From the NCBI GenBank assembly GCA_963699175.1, contig OY969418.1, positions 5,959,101-6,023,100 on the forward strand: 64,000 nt of DNA, given 5' to 3'. The position numbers and the translations under genes are program-made. The notes beneath the pieces were generated by a model. The model saw only the letters and a list, made by a program, of their open reading frames with translations, did no database searches and had not been told where the DNA came from. The stretch is from an uncultured Acidobacteriota bacterium. GTDB lineage: Bacteria; Acidobacteriota; Blastocatellia; RBC074. Below, in pieces: positions 1 through 10,127 of the stretch (its first letter is position 1; each line of letters begins with the position of its first letter).

Positions 1-315
1 ACGCTCGCCCGCGAAGGCTATCGCGCGCCGCAGATCCGGCAGGACGTGCTCGTGTTGGGCGAAGCCGCGCTGACTAAATTCAAGCTCGGCATGCACATGA
101 TGAAACGCGGCGGATACATCTCCGACCACGATGCGTTGATCGGGCTAAAGATTGCGACGGTAATGTCGGGCGGCAATCTGACGCGCCCAGCGCGGGTGAG
201 CGAGCAATACCTACTCGACATTGAGCGCGAGGCCTTTGTCAGTCTATGTGGAACAAAAGCTACGCAGGAGCGTTTGGCGCACATGCTGAAGACGGGCAAG
301 CCGCTACGCAATTAA
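1..315 (+). CDS. 3-hydroxyacyl-CoA dehydrogenase/enoyl-CoA hydratase (FadB/FadN type), C-terminal part, 5' truncated by window edge
   Basis: Frame open from base 1 (TLAREGYRAPQ...). Ends in ...EQYLLDIEREAFVSLCG...RLAHMLKTGKPLRN, the typical FadN-type C-terminus. Lies upstream of thiolase and acyl-CoA dehydrogenase. Confidence 0.9.
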   Translation, partial: TLAREGYRAPQIRQDVLVLGEAALTKFKLGMHMMKRGGYISDHDALIGLKIATVMSGGNLTRPARVSEQYLLDIEREAFVSLCGTKATQERLAHMLKTGKPLRN

Positions 316-330
316 TCACGGAGGTAAGCG

Positions 331-459
331 ATGAAGCTGCCAAAGTTTTTCTACAAGTTTTCGTATCAGCGCGAGCCGCTCTGGCTGCTGATTTTCAGTC
401 TTTTGCTGCCGCTGATTGGGATTTTAGCTGCTGTTGTGCTTCACCGCATGAGGCGGTGA
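331..459 (+). CDS. small 42-aa single-pass membrane protein (not in ORF track)
   Basis: GGAGGT RBS just before ATG 331. Reads MKLPKFFYKFSYQREPLWLLIFSLLLPLIGILAAVVLHRMRR*, with one hydrophobic helix and a basic tail. Fills the gap between fadB and the antitoxin. Confidence 0.65.
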   Translation: MKLPKFFYKFSYQREPLWLLIFSLLLPLIGILAAVVLHRMRR

Positions 460-477
460 AGCAACGAAGGAGGTTGT

Positions 478-792
478 ATGAACGCGAATGAAGCCGCTAA
501 TGGTGAAGGCATTCAGCAAGCGGTGATTGAAAAGCTGGCCTTGCTTTCACTCGACAAGCAAAAAGAAGCGTTGGCCTTCATTGAAGACTTAGCCAGTGAA
601 GCAGCGGCCACTTCAACCAAAGCGGGCCAAACGCTTTGGGAACTGGCCCAAGAATGCATTAAAGACGTTCCGCCGGAAGCCTTCGAGGAATTGCCAACCG
701 ACGGAGCGTTGAATCACGACCATTACCTTTATGGTGCTCCGAAAAAGTATGACGAACACGGCGCGCCGATAGATTATGAACCACTGGGGTAA
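478..792 (+). CDS. putative antitoxin of a PIN/VapC toxin
   Basis: AGGAGG RBS. Acidic 104-aa protein with LPTDGALNHDHYLYG motif seen in PIN-associated antitoxins. Directly upstream of the PIN gene. Confidence 0.75.
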   Translation: MNANEAANGEGIQQAVIEKLALLSLDKQKEALAFIEDLASEAAATSTKAGQTLWELAQECIKDVPPEAFEELPTDGALNHDHYLYGAPKKYDEHGAPIDYEPLG

Positions 793-804
793 GCCGGAGC
801 GTTC

Positions 805-1212
805 ATGAGAACTGTCTTTGTTGACACCTTCTTTTGGGTCGCCATCTTGAATCCGCACGATGAGCCGCGCCGCACGGCCCGTGCGGTTGAGTTGGGCTTG
901 GGCCAGCCTCGCTTCGTCACGACCGAATCGGTCTTAATCGAGGTTCTTAATTTTTATGCGGAATTCAAACCGCACATGCGCCAAGCTACGGCCAATCTGG
1001 TCAAGCAGATTCTCGTCAGGCCGGATGTCGAAGTCCTCCCGCACACCCGGCAGGCGTTTCAAGCCGGTTTGCAACTCTATGAAGCGCGCCTCGACAAGGG
1101 CTACAGCCTGACCGATTGCATCTCAATGAATGTGATGCGTGAACGTGGAATCTTGGAAGCACTAACTCACGACAACCATTTCGCTCAGGAAGGGTTTGTC
1201 GTTCTGATTTGA
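805..1212 (+). CDS. vapC: type II toxin-antitoxin VapC-family PIN-domain ribonuclease
   Basis: [28 protein letters not shown]: the acidic PIN motifs, 135 aa. Confidence 0.9.
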   Translation: MRTVFVDTFFWVAILNPHDEPRRTARAVELGLGQPRFVTTESVLIEVLNFYAEFKPHMRQATANLVKQILVRPDVEVLPHTRQAFQAGLQLYEARLDKGYSLTDCISMNVMRERGILEALTHDNHFAQEGFVVLI

Positions 1213-1223
1213 GGAGAAAATTT

Positions 1224-2420
1224 ATGCGTGAAGCAGTCATCGTCAATGCACTCCGCACCGCCATCGGCAAAGCGCCGCGCGGCACTTTGAAAGATACGCG
1301 GCCCGATGATCTGGCCGCCACCGTCATCAAGGAGTTGATGGTGCGCACGCCGGAAGTCAATCCCGCCGAGGTCGAAGACGTCGTCATCGGCTGCGCGACG
1401 CCCGAAGCTCAACAAGGCATGAATATGGCGCGACAGGCGGCCTTGCTCGCGGGCCTGCCCAATTCGTCGTCGGCCATCACGATCAATCGTTTTTGCTCGT
1501 CGGGCTTGCAAGCGATTGCGCAAGCGGCGGAGCACATTATGTGCGGCTTTTCGGAAGTAGCGATTGGCGGCGGCGCGGAGTCCATGTCGCTCTTGCCAAT
1601 GGGCGGGCACAACTTGTCGCCCAACCCAACGCTGGTGGATGTTTATCCCGACACTTATTTGAACATGGGTTTGACGGCGGAGAACCTAGCACGCAAGTAC
1701 GAAATCTCGCGCGAGCAGGCGGATGAATTCTCTGTGCGCTCGCACCAAAACGCGGCGGCGGCAATTGATGGCGGGAAGTTCAAAGACGAGGTTGTGCCCT
1801 TCGCGATCAAAGCGCGCGAACTCGAAACCGATGCCAAAGGGCGCGGCAAGATACGTGAACGTGAACTGGTCTTTGAAGTGGACGAAGGTGTGCGGCGCGA
1901 CACGACGTTGGAAGGCTTGGCGAAATTGCGCCCGGCTTTTCACGTGAAAGGCACGGTCACGGCGGGTAATTCGTCGCAAACATCGGATGGCGCGGGGGCG
2001 GCGCTAATTATGTCAGCAGAGAAGGCTGCCGAGCTGGGGCTGAAACCGATGGCGCGCTTTGTTTCTTTTGCAACAGGCGGTGTTGCGCCGGAAGAGATGG
2101 GCATCGGCCCGATTGTGGCGATTCCGAAAGCGTTGAAAGCCGCCGGACTCGAACTCAAAGACATTGATCTGATTGAGTTGAACGAAGCCTTTGCCGCGCA
2201 GGCGTTGTCGGTCATCAAGGTATTGAACCTCGACCTGGAACGCTTGAACGTCAACGGTGGCGCGATTGCGCTAGGCCATCCGCTCGGTTGCACGGGCGCG
2301 AAGTTGACGGCGACGCTGCTTTACGAGATGAAGCGGCGTGGCGCGCGCTACGGCATGGTGACGATGTGCGTGGGCGGCGGCATGGGCGCGGCGGGCATCT
2401 TTGAGAACTTACAGAGGTAG
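1224..2420 (+). CDS. fadA: acetyl-CoA C-acyltransferase (3-ketoacyl-CoA thiolase)
   Basis: [33 protein letters not shown] motifs. ATG 1224 follows a GAGGAG RBS. Confidence 0.95.
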   Translation: MREAVIVNALRTAIGKAPRGTLKDTRPDDLAATVIKELMVRTPEVNPAEVEDVVIGCATPEAQQGMNMARQAALLAGLPNSSSAITINRFCSSGLQAIAQAAEHIMCGFSEVAIGGGAESMSLLPMGGHNLSPNPTLVDVYPDTYLNMGLTAENLARKYEISREQADEFSVRSHQNAAAAIDGGKFKDEVVPFAIKARELETDAKGRGKIRERELVFEVDEGVRRDTTLEGLAKLRPAFHVKGTVTAGNSSQTSDGAGAALIMSAEKAAELGLKPMARFVSFATGGVAPEEMGIGPIVAIPKALKAAGLELKDIDLIELNEAFAAQALSVIKVLNLDLERLNVNGGAIALGHPLGCTGAKLTATLLYEMKRRGARYGMVTMCVGGGMGAAGIFENLQR

Positions 2421-2424
2421 CCTG

Positions 2425-2727
2425 ATGGCTCAGACATTCATGGTCATCTATCGCCCCGGCCCTGGCTGGCTCGCTGACAAGCCGCAAGCAGAACAACCGT
2501 TGCAGGAGCACGGAAAATATATCTTGCAGCTTCACGTGGCTGGCAAACTGCGCTTCGCTGGGCCATTTGAGGGCGACAGCGGTGGTGCAGCAGTATTTGA
2601 AGCTGAGAGCGAAGCGGAGGCGCGCGGGATTGTGGACAACGATCCGGCGGTCACTAGCAAAGTGTTTGACTATGACTTGCATCCGTTCCGGCTGATTCCG
2701 TGGGAGCAATATGCGAAGCGAAGTTAG
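2425..2727 (+). CDS. YCII-related domain protein
   Basis: ~100 aa with EH..Y...L...GKLRFAGPF, GGAAVFEAESEAEA and DP motifs. Confidence 0.85.
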   Translation: MAQTFMVIYRPGPGWLADKPQAEQPLQEHGKYILQLHVAGKLRFAGPFEGDSGGAAVFEAESEAEARGIVDNDPAVTSKVFDYDLHPFRLIPWEQYAKRS

Positions 2728-2781
2728 AAACGAATATTTGCTAACGAGTAATCATTACTAAACGAAAGGACGACACGAACA

Positions 2782-4566
2782 ATGGCAGCAGCACTCGAAA
2801 AAGAAGTTGTTAAAGGCGGCGGGTTTCTTTTGACCGAAACCTTGCCCGCTTCTGTCTTCTCGCCGGAAGACTTCTCTGATGAACAACAGATGATTGCGCA
2901 AACGACGCAGGAGTTCATGGAGAAGGAAGTTATCCCCAACAGCGACAAGATCGAAACCAAGGATTACGAAATCCAGCGCAGCCTGATTAAACAGGGTGCC
3001 GACCTCGGTCTGATCAACGCCAGCATTCCCGAAGAGTACGGCGGATTGGAACTCGACCACGTCTCGAACATGCTGATCGCGGAACACACCTCTGGGCAGG
3101 CGTCGTTTTCGACCGGATTTGGCGCGACCAGCAGCATCGGGCTGTTACCGATTGTGCTCTTTGGCACCGAGGAGCAGAAACAAAAGTACGTGCCGAAGAT
3201 TGGCTCGGGCGAGTGGGTGGGCGCGTACTGTTTGAGCGAATCGGGATCGGGGTCAGACGCGTTAGCGGCGAAGTCCACCGCGCGTTTGAGTGAAGACGGG
3301 CAGCATTGGATTTTGAACGGCGAGAAGATGTGGATCACCAACGGCGGCTTTGCCGATGTGCTTTCGGTCTTTGCCAAAGTGGACGGCCAGCATTTCACCG
3401 GCTTCATCCTTGAGCGCAACGATCCCGGCGTAAGCCACGGGAACGAGGAGCACAAGCTGGGACAGCGCGGCTCTTCGACTACGCCGATTCTGATGCAGGA
3501 CGCAAAGATTCCGAAAGACCGCTTGCTGGGCGAGGTCGGCAAAGGCCATCTGATCGCTTTCAACGTGCTCAACTTCGGGCGCATCAAGATGGGCGCGGGT
3601 TCCATCGGCGGCTCAAAGCGCGTGCTGGCACAGTCGGCAAGGTATGCTGCCGAGCGTCACCAATTCGGGCGTTCCATCGCTACCTTCGGTGCAATCAAAT
3701 ACAAGTTGGCCGAGATGACAGCGCGCATTTACGCGAGTGAGTCGGCCGTCTATCGCACCGCCGGGATGATCGAAACCAAAGAAGAGACGATTGACAAGAA
3801 GAACCCGGCGGAGTTCATGAAGGCCATCGAGGAGTACGCGATTGAATGTTCGATCCTCAAAGTCGCAGGCACGGAAACCCTCTTCTATTGCGCCGACGAG
3901 AACGTGCAGATTCACGGCGGCAATGGCTTCACCGAAGACTACCCGGCGGAAGGTGTCTACCGCGATTGCCGCGTTAACCGCATCTACGAAGGCACGAACG
4001 AGATCAACCGACTGTTGATTCCGGGCCAACTAATCAAACGCGCGATGAAAGGCGGCTTGCCGCTCTTTGCTGCCGCAATGAAGTTGCAGGAAGAGTTGCT
4101 GGCCGGGCCGTCATTCGACACCGACGAAGACGATTCGCCACTCGCCCAAGAGCGCAAGCTCGCGGCCAACGCCAAGAAGGTTGCGCTGGCGCTGATCGGC
4201 TCGGCGGCCCAGAAGTTCCAGGCCGCGTTGCAGGAGCAACAGATGATTCTCTGCTGGACGGCAGATGTCATCATTGACACCTTCCTACTCGACAGCGCGA
4301 TTGCCCGCACCGCCAAGCTGATCGCGCGTGATGGCGCAGACAAACATCAAGCCGCGATTGATGCGACGAAGCTCTTCACGCACGACGCGATCAACCGTAT
4401 CGAGGTCGCCGCGAAGAATGCGCTGGCCGCGATTGTCGAAGGTGACGAGTTGCGGATGATGCTGGTGGCGCTGAAACGCTTTACCAAGATGGAGCCGCTC
4501 AACACTGCGGCTATTCGTGAACGATTGGCGGATAAGGTTGTCGCAGCGGGCGGTTACATTTTCTAA
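2782..4566 (+). CDS. acyl-CoA dehydrogenase (long, FadE-like)
   Basis: CLSESGSGSD, LNGEKMWITNG, KLGQRGSST, QIHGGNGF, RIYEGTNEINR motifs. Confidence 0.95.
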   Translation: MAAALEKEVVKGGGFLLTETLPASVFSPEDFSDEQQMIAQTTQEFMEKEVIPNSDKIETKDYEIQRSLIKQGADLGLINASIPEEYGGLELDHVSNMLIAEHTSGQASFSTGFGATSSIGLLPIVLFGTEEQKQKYVPKIGSGEWVGAYCLSESGSGSDALAAKSTARLSEDGQHWILNGEKMWITNGGFADVLSVFAKVDGQHFTGFILERNDPGVSHGNEEHKLGQRGSSTTPILMQDAKIPKDRLLGEVGKGHLIAFNVLNFGRIKMGAGSIGGSKRVLAQSARYAAERHQFGRSIATFGAIKYKLAEMTARIYASESAVYRTAGMIETKEETIDKKNPAEFMKAIEEYAIECSILKVAGTETLFYCADENVQIHGGNGFTEDYPAEGVYRDCRVNRIYEGTNEINRLLIPGQLIKRAMKGGLPLFAAAMKLQEELLAGPSFDTDEDDSPLAQERKLAANAKKVALALIGSAAQKFQAALQEQQMILCWTADVIIDTFLLDSAIARTAKLIARDGADKHQAAIDATKLFTHDAINRIEVAAKNALAAIVEGDELRMMLVALKRFTKMEPLNTAAIRERLADKVVAAGGYIF

Positions 4567-4584
4567 TTGCCCGCCTGTCAAATC

Positions 4585-4622
4585 GCCCCAAGCGCGCGAG
4601 TCATCTGCGCGCTTGGGGCTTT
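4585..4622 (+). terminator. rho-independent terminator
   Basis: GCCCCAAGCGCGC...GCGCGCTTGGGGC stem followed by TTT, just after the ACAD stop. Confidence 0.75.
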
Positions 4623-4651
4623 AACGTCACAGCTTAAATGAGGTGTGAAAT

Positions 4652-5140
4652 ATGAAACCTGAACAATGGCTGATGACACTGATTATCTGGGGCTTGCTGG
4701 CTGGGGGCGACGTTGTTAACTCACAGGGAAGAGAAAAACCTTCCTGGAAACACATGGCAACGGATAAAAATCATGGCTGGGAGAATTATTATGACAGCAA
4801 GCGTGTGATTCAAACGTCTGATGGGGTTGTGAGAGTTTGGGTCAAACAAGTTCCGATCTACAAAGACGAGGAAGAGAAGAAAGCTAAGATGGAAAGACTC
4901 ATTGAAAACAGAGAAGGACTAGGCATCAAAACAGATGGCTATAGGGATTACGCGTATTCCGTTACATTGATCGAGATTAAATGTGAGGCAAACGAAGGGC
5001 GAAGCGTTTCCATCGTTGATTACGATAAAGCAGATAAGGAGTTAGGCGAAGACGCCTTGAACAACCCTACCTGGGCACCAATTTCGCCCAGGTCTTGGCT
5101 GATAGCGTTGATACCGGAAGTCTGTAATCAGAAGAAGTGA
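4652..5140 (+). CDS. secreted hypothetical protein (surface-adhesin E-like)
   Basis: GAGGTG RBS and signal peptide. W....TD......YYD...VRVWVK, IKC and C-terminal W.PI.P.S.....EVC pattern. More AT-rich than neighbours. Confidence 0.6.
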   Translation: MKPEQWLMTLIIWGLLAGGDVVNSQGREKPSWKHMATDKNHGWENYYDSKRVIQTSDGVVRVWVKQVPIYKDEEEKKAKMERLIENREGLGIKTDGYRDYAYSVTLIEIKCEANEGRSVSIVDYDKADKELGEDALNNPTWAPISPRSWLIALIPEVCNQKK

Positions 5141-5195
5141 CAATAGCTACGAGATAACAGCACACACAAATAAGGACCTGCTAGCAGTTTGAGAC

Positions 5196-5222
5196 TTCCG
5201 CCTGTTCCGTTATTTCCGTCTG
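5196..5222. repeat. 9-nt-period degenerate tandem repeat (TTCCGnnnn)x3
   Basis: ttccgcctg ttccgttat ttccgtctg in the intergenic region. Confidence 0.6.
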
Positions 5223-5273
5223 TTTTGTGATTCCCTCTGCTTCTATTTCCAAAACTACAACGCTACGAATTTC

Positions 5274-6218
5274 ATGCGCATCGAGAAACTCATCATCCCC
5301 ACGCCTTTTCCCGTCGGCCCGATCAACATCTACCTCGTCGTTGAAGAGCCGCTCACGCTGATTGATGCCGGGCCGAAAACGCCGGAGGCTCTGGCTGCTT
5401 TGCGCGAACAGTTGCGCGCGCTCGGTTTCAAACTGGCTGACATCCGCCGCGTCATTCTCACGCACACGCACGAAGACCATTGCGGCTTGGCCGGGACGAT
5501 CCAGGCCGAATCGGGCGCGCGCGTGCACGTGCACGAATGGGAGTATCACAACATCTCTAAACACCGCGCGACCCGTGTCAATCGTGATTTGCTCAGGCGC
5601 GCCGGGGTTCCGGCGGAAGCGGTGGAACAGTTGGCGGGACGCTACGAATTGATTCATACCTTCGCCGACGCCGTGCCAGACGTGGCGGCTTACCGCGACG
5701 AGCATGAGTTCCTCTTTGCCAGCGGCTCGTTACAGGTTGTTCATACGCCGGGACACACGCCGGGCAGTTGCTGTTTGTTGCGCGCGAGCAATCGGTTGTT
5801 GATCGCAGGCGATACCGTGCTCAAGAACATCACACCCAACCCGGTCTTGAACCCAGACCCGCTTGATCCGCAACGCCGCTTTCCCTCGCTCGGTGAATAT
5901 CTGGTCTCGTTGGCCCGCTTGCGCGAGCTTGCTCCGACACTCATCAAGACAGCGCACGGCGATGATGTGACTGATTACGAAGAATACTTTTTTGCGCTCA
6001 CTCGTCACACGCAAGAGCGTCAAATGAAAATTGTCAGCCTGGTTCCCGCTCAAGGCATCACGGCGTGGGAGGTGTCGAAGCTCATTTTTCCTACCGTAAA
6101 AGACATCAATCGTTTCCTCGCTGTTTCTGAAGCCGTCGCACACTTAGACTTTGCCGTAGCCGAGGGGCGATTGCGGATGGAGCGGGGCGCAGAAGCCGAC
6201 TCATATTTTTTGCCCTGA
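5274..6218 (+). CDS. MBL-fold metallo-hydrolase
   Basis: THTHEDHCG (HxHxDH), HTPGHTPG, AGD and AHG metal ligands. Confidence 0.92.
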   Translation: MRIEKLIIPTPFPVGPINIYLVVEEPLTLIDAGPKTPEALAALREQLRALGFKLADIRRVILTHTHEDHCGLAGTIQAESGARVHVHEWEYHNISKHRATRVNRDLLRRAGVPAEAVEQLAGRYELIHTFADAVPDVAAYRDEHEFLFASGSLQVVHTPGHTPGSCCLLRASNRLLIAGDTVLKNITPNPVLNPDPLDPQRRFPSLGEYLVSLARLRELAPTLIKTAHGDDVTDYEEYFFALTRHTQERQMKIVSLVPAQGITAWEVSKLIFPTVKDINRFLAVSEAVAHLDFAVAEGRLRMERGAEADSYFLP

Positions 6219-6315
6219 GCCTCCTTGCCAATTTCTGCCCTCGGCATTTCTTCGCCACACAAACTGATTTAGAATCCTCACGCTCGAAGTCAAATTCATT
6301 ATCCCAAGTCAAATC

Positions 6316-7905
6316 ATGAATCGAATCGTCGAATGTGTGCCGAATTTCAGCGAAGGGCGCGATGCCGCTAAAGTCGAACAGCTTGCCGCCGTCATTGCCG
6401 CCGTGCCCAATGTCGTATTGCTCGCCCGCGAGCTTGATGCCAATCACAATCGCTCGGTCATCACCTATGCCGGTGAGCCGGAAGCCGTCGTAGAAGCCGC
6501 CGTGCGCGCGGCGGCGAAAGCGGTCGAGCTGATTGACCTTAATCAGCATCAAGGCGAACACCCGCGCATCGGCGCGCTCGATGTCTTGCCTTTTGTGCCG
6601 CTCGAAGGCGTGACGATGGACGATTGCATCGAACTGGCGCATCAGGCGGGCGAACGGTTGGCGCGTGAATTAAAGATTCCCGTCTACCTCTATGAACGAG
6701 CGGCGACCAGACCGCAGCGCATCAACCTGGCCGACGTGCGGCGCGGCGAGTTTGAAGGCTTGCGCGAAGAGATTGAAACCGAGCTCGCACGCCAGCCCGA
6801 TTATGGCGAGCCGATCATTCATCCGACCGCAGGCGCAACCGCCATCGGCGCGCGTCCGCCGCTGATCGCCTACAACATCAATCTCGGCACAAACAATTTG
6901 GAGATTGCCAAAAAGATTGCGCGCGCTGTGCGCGGCAGCAACGGCGGGTTGCAATACGTCAAGGCGCTCGGCATTGATTTGAAAGATCGCGGTCAGGTGC
7001 AAGTCTCCATGAACCTGATCAATCACGCGGAAACGCCGCTCTTTCGGGTTTTTGAACTGGTGCGACTGGAAGCTGAACGCTATGGCGTGCCAATTGTTGG
7101 TAGCGAGATCGTCGGCCTAGTACCGCAGGCCGCGCTCAATGATTGCGCCGATTTTTATCTGCGTTGCGAGAATTTCAGCGAAGACGTGATTCTCGAAAAA
7201 CGCTTGCAGGACGCGCTTGCCGCGCGGGCGCTGCAGAGCGGTGGGCCGACCACTGCCACGCCGTTCAAAGACGAATTCAACCCTGATGAATGGCTAGGCG
7301 CATTCATTGATGATGTAGCGGCTGGCTCGCTCACGCCGGGCGGCGGCAGTGTGGCCGCTTACGCCGGGGCCTTGTCGGCGGCGCTCGGCAAGCTGGTTTG
7401 TAATCTGACCCTTGGTAAAAGGAAGTATGAAGACGTCGAAATGGAAGTGCGCGACATCTTCGACCAGCTTGAACAACTTGACGCTGATCTGCGCGCTGCT
7501 GTGGCTGAAGACGCTGACAGCCAGGAACGCCTGACCGAAGTGATGCAACTGCCGCGCGGCACCGAAGCCGAACGCCTCGCTCGCACGGGCGCTATCGAAG
7601 AGGCCACCAAAGGCTTGGTGAGCTTGCGCCTGCGCGTGGCCGAAGGCGCAATGGAGACGCTTGATCTGTTGGACGAACTGGCCGAAGTCGGCAACCCCAT
7701 TGCTTGTGCTGATCTGAGCGTCGGCGCGCAACTGGCGCTGACCGCGATTCGTGGCGCGTCCTATCAGGTCTTCGGCAATCTCGGCTTGATCAGCGATGAA
7801 GAATTCACGCGCCAACGCCGCGTTGAGCTTGATGAATTGATCGCGCGGGGGCAGGAAGTGGCGGATGCGATTGAGGAGCGGTTTTTCCAAATTTATCCGC
7901 GCTGA
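6316..7905 (+). CDS. ftcD: bifunctional glutamate formiminotransferase / formiminotetrahydrofolate cyclodeaminase
   Basis: VECVPNFSEGR, HNRSVIT, HQGEHPRIGALDV in the transferase domain. TPGGGSVAA in the C-terminal cyclodeaminase domain. Confidence 0.93.
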   Translation: MNRIVECVPNFSEGRDAAKVEQLAAVIAAVPNVVLLARELDANHNRSVITYAGEPEAVVEAAVRAAAKAVELIDLNQHQGEHPRIGALDVLPFVPLEGVTMDDCIELAHQAGERLARELKIPVYLYERAATRPQRINLADVRRGEFEGLREEIETELARQPDYGEPIIHPTAGATAIGARPPLIAYNINLGTNNLEIAKKIARAVRGSNGGLQYVKALGIDLKDRGQVQVSMNLINHAETPLFRVFELVRLEAERYGVPIVGSEIVGLVPQAALNDCADFYLRCENFSEDVILEKRLQDALAARALQSGGPTTATPFKDEFNPDEWLGAFIDDVAAGSLTPGGGSVAAYAGALSAALGKLVCNLTLGKRKYEDVEMEVRDIFDQLEQLDADLRAAVAEDADSQERLTEVMQLPRGTEAERLARTGAIEEATKGLVSLRLRVAEGAMETLDLLDELAEVGNPIACADLSVGAQLALTAIRGASYQVFGNLGLISDEEFTRQRRVELDELIARGQEVADAIEERFFQIYPR

Positions 7906-8027
7906 ATGAAAGTTCGCTCGCAGGTTTCCCCTATCCCGATTGCAAACCACTCTAGTCTTTCTGCTAATATGTCGCGCAACCGGCTCTGCCCTGGTTCTCA
8001 CAAATCGCATTGGAATGGAGTAATCCT

Positions 8028-9782
8028 ATGATCGCTCGCAAATCGTTTGTCGTCTTTCTCTGCTTCGCACTCTTCTTTTCATTGGCCTGTGCCCCGGCGC
8101 AACTCAACGCGCCGCCCATTGCCGAGTCTGCCGCGCGCCCGCCTGTCCGTGGCAAACACGGCATGGTCGCTTCGGTCAGCGAGATCGCTTCCAAAGTCGG
8201 CGTGGACGTTTTGAAGCGCGGTGGCAATGCTATTGATGCAGCGGTCGCCATCGGTTTGGCGTTGGCGGTGGTCTGGCCTTCGGCAGGTAACATCGGCGGC
8301 GGCGGGTTTATGGTGATTCGCCTGGCCGATGGCAGAACGACGGCCATTGATTACCGCGAGATGGGGCCGGCGGCGGCGCATCGCAACGTTTATCTGGATA
8401 CGAAGGGCGAGTATATCAAAGGCTCTTCGACCTTCGGCCACAAAGCAGCGGGTGTGCCAGGTGCGGTCGCAGGAATGGCCTACGCGCTCGAAAAGTATGG
8501 GACGCTGAAGTGGGCCGATGTGTCGAAGCCCGCTTACGATTTGGCGAAGGATGGCTTCCCAGTCTGGTATCAACTCGAACGCAGTTTGAAAGGCAGCCAG
8601 CGGGAACTCGAACGCGTGCCCGAATCCAAACGCATCTTCCTGCGCAACGGCAAGCCTTATGAAACTGACGAAATCTTTCAACAGCCTGAATTGGCCGCGA
8701 CGCTGGAACGCATGATGAAATCCGGCCCGCAAGAGTTCTACACAGGAGAAACTGCGCGCCTGATTGAGGCCAGCATGCGTAAAGCCGCTCACGAGCACGG
8801 CAACGGCAAACCGTGGATGACCGTAGAGGATTTGAAAAACTACAAGGCCGTCGAGCGCGCACCACTCAAGACCACCTATCGCGGCCACGAGATCATCACG
8901 ATGCCACCACCTTCGTCGGGCGGGGTGGCGTTGATCGAGATGCTAAACATCCTCGAACGTTACGATCTGAAAGCGCTGGGCGCAGGTTCATCGCAATCGC
9001 TGCACTTGATGATCGAAGCGATGCGGCGCGCGTTCGCCGACCGCGCGGAATTTTTGGGCGATCCCGATTTTGTCAAAGTGCCAGTCGCCGCACTCATCTC
9101 GCGCGCTTACGCCGACAAAGTGGCCGCGACAATTGATCCCAATCACGCTTCGACTTCTGAAGCGATCAAACACGGCGAACCGGCGCCTTACGAATCGAAC
9201 GAGACCACGCATTACACCGTGGTGGATAAAGCTGGCAACGTGGTGGCTTGCACGACGACGCTGAACGAAAGCTTTGGCAACAAGGTCACAGTCGAAGGCG
9301 CAGGCTTCCTGCTCAACAACGAGATGGACGATTTTGCGCCGAAGCCAGGCTCGCCGAATGCTTACAACTTGATTCAAGGCGAGGCGAACGCCGTCGCGGC
9401 GAAGAAGCGCCCGCTCTCTTCGATGACGCCGACCATCGTGTTGAAAGACGGCAAACTCTGGTTCGCGGTCGGCAGCCCCGGCGGTCCGACAATCATCAAC
9501 ACCGTTCTGCAAGTCATCCTCAACGTCGTGGATCACGGCATGAACATTCAGCAAGCCATCGAGTGGCCGCGTGTCCATCATCAATGGATGCCCGATGTCA
9601 TCACCTACGAGCCTTATGGGCTTGTGCCCGATGTACTGAAGACACTGGAGGCCAAAGGTCACAAGCTAACCGACAAGCCGCGCAATATGGGTGATGCCGA
9701 GGGCATCCTGATTGAAGACAAAACTGGTGTGCGTTTGGGTGGTAGTGACCCACGCCTGGACGGCAAATCGGTTGGTTATTGA
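8028..9782 (+). CDS. ggt: gamma-glutamyltransferase (secreted)
   Basis: Signal peptide, GGNAIDAAVA, autocleavage site ETTHY, LNNEMDDF, RPLSSMTPT, GSPGG. Confidence 0.95.
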   Translation: MIARKSFVVFLCFALFFSLACAPAQLNAPPIAESAARPPVRGKHGMVASVSEIASKVGVDVLKRGGNAIDAAVAIGLALAVVWPSAGNIGGGGFMVIRLADGRTTAIDYREMGPAAAHRNVYLDTKGEYIKGSSTFGHKAAGVPGAVAGMAYALEKYGTLKWADVSKPAYDLAKDGFPVWYQLERSLKGSQRELERVPESKRIFLRNGKPYETDEIFQQPELAATLERMMKSGPQEFYTGETARLIEASMRKAAHEHGNGKPWMTVEDLKNYKAVERAPLKTTYRGHEIITMPPPSSGGVALIEMLNILERYDLKALGAGSSQSLHLMIEAMRRAFADRAEFLGDPDFVKVPVAALISRAYADKVAATIDPNHASTSEAIKHGEPAPYESNETTHYTVVDKAGNVVACTTTLNESFGNKVTVEGAGFLLNNEMDDFAPKPGSPNAYNLIQGEANAVAAKKRPLSSMTPTIVLKDGKLWFAVGSPGGPTIINTVLQVILNVVDHGMNIQQAIEWPRVHHQWMPDVITYEPYGLVPDVLKTLEAKGHKLTDKPRNMGDAEGILIEDKTGVRLGGSDPRLDGKSVGY

Positions 9783-9788
9783 GCGTGC

Positions 9789-9844
9789 AAAACTGCTGGC
9801 TGACGCGGCGAGCCTGCGCTTCTTCACGTCGGCCAGCAGTTTTC
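9789..9844 (+). terminator. rho-independent terminator after ggt
   Basis: AAAACTGCTGGCTGACG...CGTCGGCCAGCAGTTTT inverted repeat. Confidence 0.7.
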
Positions 9845-10016
9845 TAATTGTGTAGAGACCGAACAGATTCAAGCTGCTTTGCACGGAAAAGCTACACCGG
9901 CTTTTTGTATTTTAGTTTGGGCATTTCAGTTCCGCCTTAAGTTTAAGTCAAGCACAGTCAGCCAAATCACCCACAAGAGAATCATCCAAAAAAATATGCC
10001 AGGCGATTGGCCTAGG

Positions 10017-10033
10017 CTGGCACAAGCATTGCT
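10017..10033 (+). promoter_or_regulatory. sigma-54 (-24/-12) promoter
   Basis: CTGGCACAAGCATTGCT matches TGGCAC-N5-TTGCW with exact GG-N10-GC spacing, ~95 nt upstream of the receiver gene. Confidence 0.75.
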
Positions 10034-10127
10034 CGCGCGAGAGGCAACTACACACGGCATCGGAGCAATGGTTCTATGCCCCAAACCATGCGCGCCTCCC
10101 TCGCGCATTTAAGTGGGAGAGAAGCAA

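Noticed and set aside
2964-9662. Many long antisense ORFs opposite real genes (e.g. 2964-3605, 8079-8888, 8988-9662)
   Set aside because: Shadow ORFs expected in GC-rich coding DNA, with no motifs.
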